A DNA stretch of 34,631 nucleotides. Source: Gemmatimonadota bacterium (GTDB lineage: Bacteria > Gemmatimonadota > Gemmatimonadetes > Longimicrobiales > RSA9). Of this stretch, positions 32,779 through 34,631 are shown piece by piece (the first letter of the stretch is position 1; each line of letters begins with the position of its first letter). Below the pieces are notes generated by a model. That model saw only the letters and a list, made by a program, of their open reading frames with translations, was not told the DNA's origin and did no database searches. The DNA is taken from positions 1-34,631 of the forward strand of contig JBQTJO010000115.1 of NCBI GenBank assembly GCA_052387015.1, written 5' to 3'. The position numbers were made by a program, and so were the translations under genes.

Positions 32779-33048
32779 GGCGTCCTCACCTCATCACGAG
32801 GCAATCCACAGGTATACGTAACTACCCGTTATCAACAGATCTATTTAGTAGTAGTAGTAGGCAGTGTGGACGTGTTGACAAACGACGCCGCGTGCCTCTC
32901 TTCCGGTTGATACTCGTCGCTTTTTCGCGTCCGCGCCATATGTGGAATGGACCGGGACAACTCACCGGCTTTATCCACGCTGCCAACATTTCTCGGCTCG
33001 CTGTGGAAGGGTGGCCGGTGTCCCACATTCAATCCACAAAGTTTTCCG
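32779..33048. promoter_or_regulatory. candidate oriC / dnaN promoter region: DnaA-box cluster plus an A/T-rich tract
   Basis: Matches to the consensus TTATCCACA: TTATCAACA 32829-32837 (8/9); TTATCCACG 32971-32979 (8/9); CAATCCACA 32802-32810 and 33030-33038 (7/9 each). TGTGGA cores lie at 32865-32870, 32941-32946 and 33002-33007. The A/T-rich stretch 32811-32862 includes (TAG)x5 at 32847-32861. One more box-like site, TGTGGAAAA at 34454-34462, lies upstream of dnaA. Confidence 0.55.
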
Positions 33049-34410
33049 TCAGCCGGTCAGCTCGGCGCGCAGGTGCTGAACGCGCGCGTGAAACGCATCA
33101 TCGGCCTGGAGATCTTCCTCGACCTTCTGGATCGAATGAATGACCGTCGAGTGATCGCGGCCGCCGAACAGCCGCCCGATCTCGACCAGCGGCACATCCA
33201 GCAGCTCGCGGATCAGGTACATGGCGACTTGGCGCGGCAGCGTGACCTCTTTCGTGCGCTTCTTGGACGCCAGCGCTTCGACCGGCACTTTCCAGCTGGC
33301 GGCCACCCGCTCCTTGACCAGCGCCGGCGTGATCTCCGGCGTGTCGGCGCCGACCAGCACGCCGCCCAGGGCTTCACGCGCCAGTTCAATGCTCATTTCG
33401 CGGCGGGTCAGGGACGAGTAGGCCAGCAGCTTGATGATCGCGCCCTCGAGCTCGCGCACGTTCGAGCGACAGTTGCGCGCGATGAACTCGAGCACTTCGT
33501 CCTGCAGCGCGATCTCGTCTTCTTCCGCCTTCTTGCGCAGAATCGCGACCCGGGTCTCCAGGTCGGGCGGCTTGATGTCGGTGACCAGCCCCCACTCGAA
33601 GCGGGAGACGAGCCGCTCCTCCAGCCCGGGAATCTCCTTCGGCGGGCGATCGCTGGTCATGACGATCTGACGCTGCGCGTCGTGCAGAGCGTTGAACGTG
33701 TGGAAGAACTCTTCCTGCGTCCGTTCCTTCTCGCCCAGGAAATGAACATCGTCGATCAGGAGCAGATCGATCTCGCGATAGCGACGCCGAAAATCCGACA
33801 TCCGGCCGTCCTGGATCGAGGCGATCAGGTCGTTCGTGAATCGCTCGCTCGAGATGTAGGCGACGCGCTTACCGGAATCGCGGTCGAGGATGGCGTGACC
33901 GATGGCATGCATCAGGTGTGTCTTGCCCAAGCCGACACCGCCATAGATGAACAGCGGGTTGTACATGCGGGCGGGCGCTTCGGCCACCGCCTTGCAGGCC
34001 GCGGCCGCGAGCTGGTTGTTGGTGCCGACCACGCAGCGGTCGAAGACGTAGCGCTCGTTGAGCGGCGCGCCCACCGACAAAGCAGGCGCGGGCGCCGCCG
34101 CGATCGCGGTCGCGGGCGCGATCCGGATCGCGATTTCGGGCTTTGCGGCATCCGGCTCACGGGGCTTGTGCTCGAATTCGATTCTGAGCCGGTGCCCAAC
34201 CACGCGCTCCGCCACTTCGGTCAGCAGATCGCCGTACTTGTCCTCGATCCACTCGGCGGCGAACTCACTGCCGGCGGCGACCGTCAGATGATCCTGTGAC
34301 AAGGCAAGCGGCTCGGTGTGCGCGAGCCAGATCCGGTATGTCTGTTCTGGAAGCAGCGTCCGGGCGCGTTCCAGGATACGGGTCCATGCCTCGGCGGCAG
34401 TCAACTCCAT
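33049..34410 (-). CDS. dnaA: chromosomal replication initiator protein DnaA
   Basis: The track ORF is 33049..34473, trimmed to ATG 34410 (MELTAAEAWTRILERARTLLPEQTYRIWL). It has Walker A IYGGVGLGKTHL, LLIDDVHFL, VMTSDRPP and the C-terminal DNA-binding signature GGRDHSTVIHS. Confidence 0.95.
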   Translation of the reverse strand: MELTAAEAWTRILERARTLLPEQTYRIWLAHTEPLALSQDHLTVAAGSEFAAEWIEDKYGDLLTEVAERVVGHRLRIEFEHKPREPDAAKPEIAIRIAPATAIAAAPAPALSVGAPLNERYVFDRCVVGTNNQLAAAACKAVAEAPARMYNPLFIYGGVGLGKTHLMHAIGHAILDRDSGKRVAYISSERFTNDLIASIQDGRMSDFRRRYREIDLLLIDDVHFLGEKERTQEEFFHTFNALHDAQRQIVMTSDRPPKEIPGLEERLVSRFEWGLVTDIKPPDLETRVAILRKKAEEDEIALQDEVLEFIARNCRSNVRELEGAIIKLLAYSSLTRREMSIELAREALGGVLVGADTPEITPALVKERVAASWKVPVEALASKKRTKEVTLPRQVAMYLIRELLDVPLVEIGRLFGGRDHSTVIHSIQKVEEDLQADDAFHARVQHLRAELTG

Positions 34411-34631
34411 CGCGTCATCATCTCCGGCGGCGGCGACGCAAGCTAAAACTGAATGTGGAAAAGTCCAGATCATTCGGGCACGGGCCGAAGGCGGCCCGAC
34501 CCTCCACCCGTTGCGTAGACCGGTGATGTTGACCAGCCGTTTCGCTCCAAGCTGACCGCTCAGTTCGGTCGATGCTGACCAGTGGTCGGAGCGAAGCGAC
34601 GCTGGCGTTGACGTTAATCTGGAGAGGACTC

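Noticed and set aside
31948-34299. 320-aa and 450-aa + ORFs antisense to dnaN and dnaA
   Set aside because: Both are shadows of universally conserved genes.
34472-34631. Hairpin GGGCCG-AAGG-CGGCCC and a GGAGAGGA motif at the extreme right edge, possibly the SD of a divergent rpmH-type gene
   Set aside because: The putative gene would start beyond the window, so nothing can be verified here.
1-34631. Search for rRNA, intact tRNA, integrase, transposase or inverted terminal repeats that would define a mobile element
   Set aside because: None was found by eye in any intergenic region or ORF. The only mobility hints are the tRNA-like fragment at 12231-12263 and the compositional islets at 8523-9670 and 29372-30989.

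Overview
This is a GC-rich bacterial chromosomal segment from a diderm organism, judged from the SusC/SusD pair, the outer-membrane barrels and the many signal peptides. It ends in the replication-origin neighbourhood: dnaA and dnaN lie on the minus strand at the right edge, with a DnaA-box cluster between them. About 30 protein genes can be supported. Most long ORFs in the track that run antisense to them are Arg/Ala/Gly-rich high-GC artefacts.

Housekeeping genes: gcvP, rho, uppP, pyrE, dnaN, dnaA, a membrane fatty-acid desaturase and a flavin-reductase-like protein.

Accessory or unusual content, left to right:
1. A membrane-anchored SARP/BTAD regulator, partial and not in the ORF track.
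2. A tightly packed minus-strand operon (1731-8349) that encodes only exported proteins of unknown function: a 702-aa outer-membrane (OM) beta-barrel, a 416-aa secreted protein, three CARDB-like paralogues and a small exported protein.
3. A HEPN/MNT toxin-antitoxin pair.
4. A three-gene module of membrane protein, winged-helix regulator and large polytopic membrane protein, with a palindromic operator candidate.
5. A tRNA 3'-half-like remnant.
6. A 967-aa ATP-grasp (RimK-like) + GCS2-type carboxylate-amine ligase fusion, translationally coupled to a C39-like cysteine peptidase.
7. A SusC/SusD pair with no carbohydrate-active-enzyme (CAZyme) partners.
8. A stand-alone NYN/Zc3h12a-like RNase.
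9. A FabH-like protein whose nucleophile Cys is replaced, followed by a half-size HX4DH metal transporter.
10. An A/T-richer islet with a ribbon-helix-helix (RHH) gene, a perfect palindromic operator and a solitary beta-class DPPY DNA methyltransferase.
11. A 4+4 inverted octamer array that fills the dnaN-downstream spacer.

I saw no rRNA, intact tRNA, CRISPR array, transposase or integrase. All family calls come from motif recognition by eye and hand translation. No database search or folding program was run.
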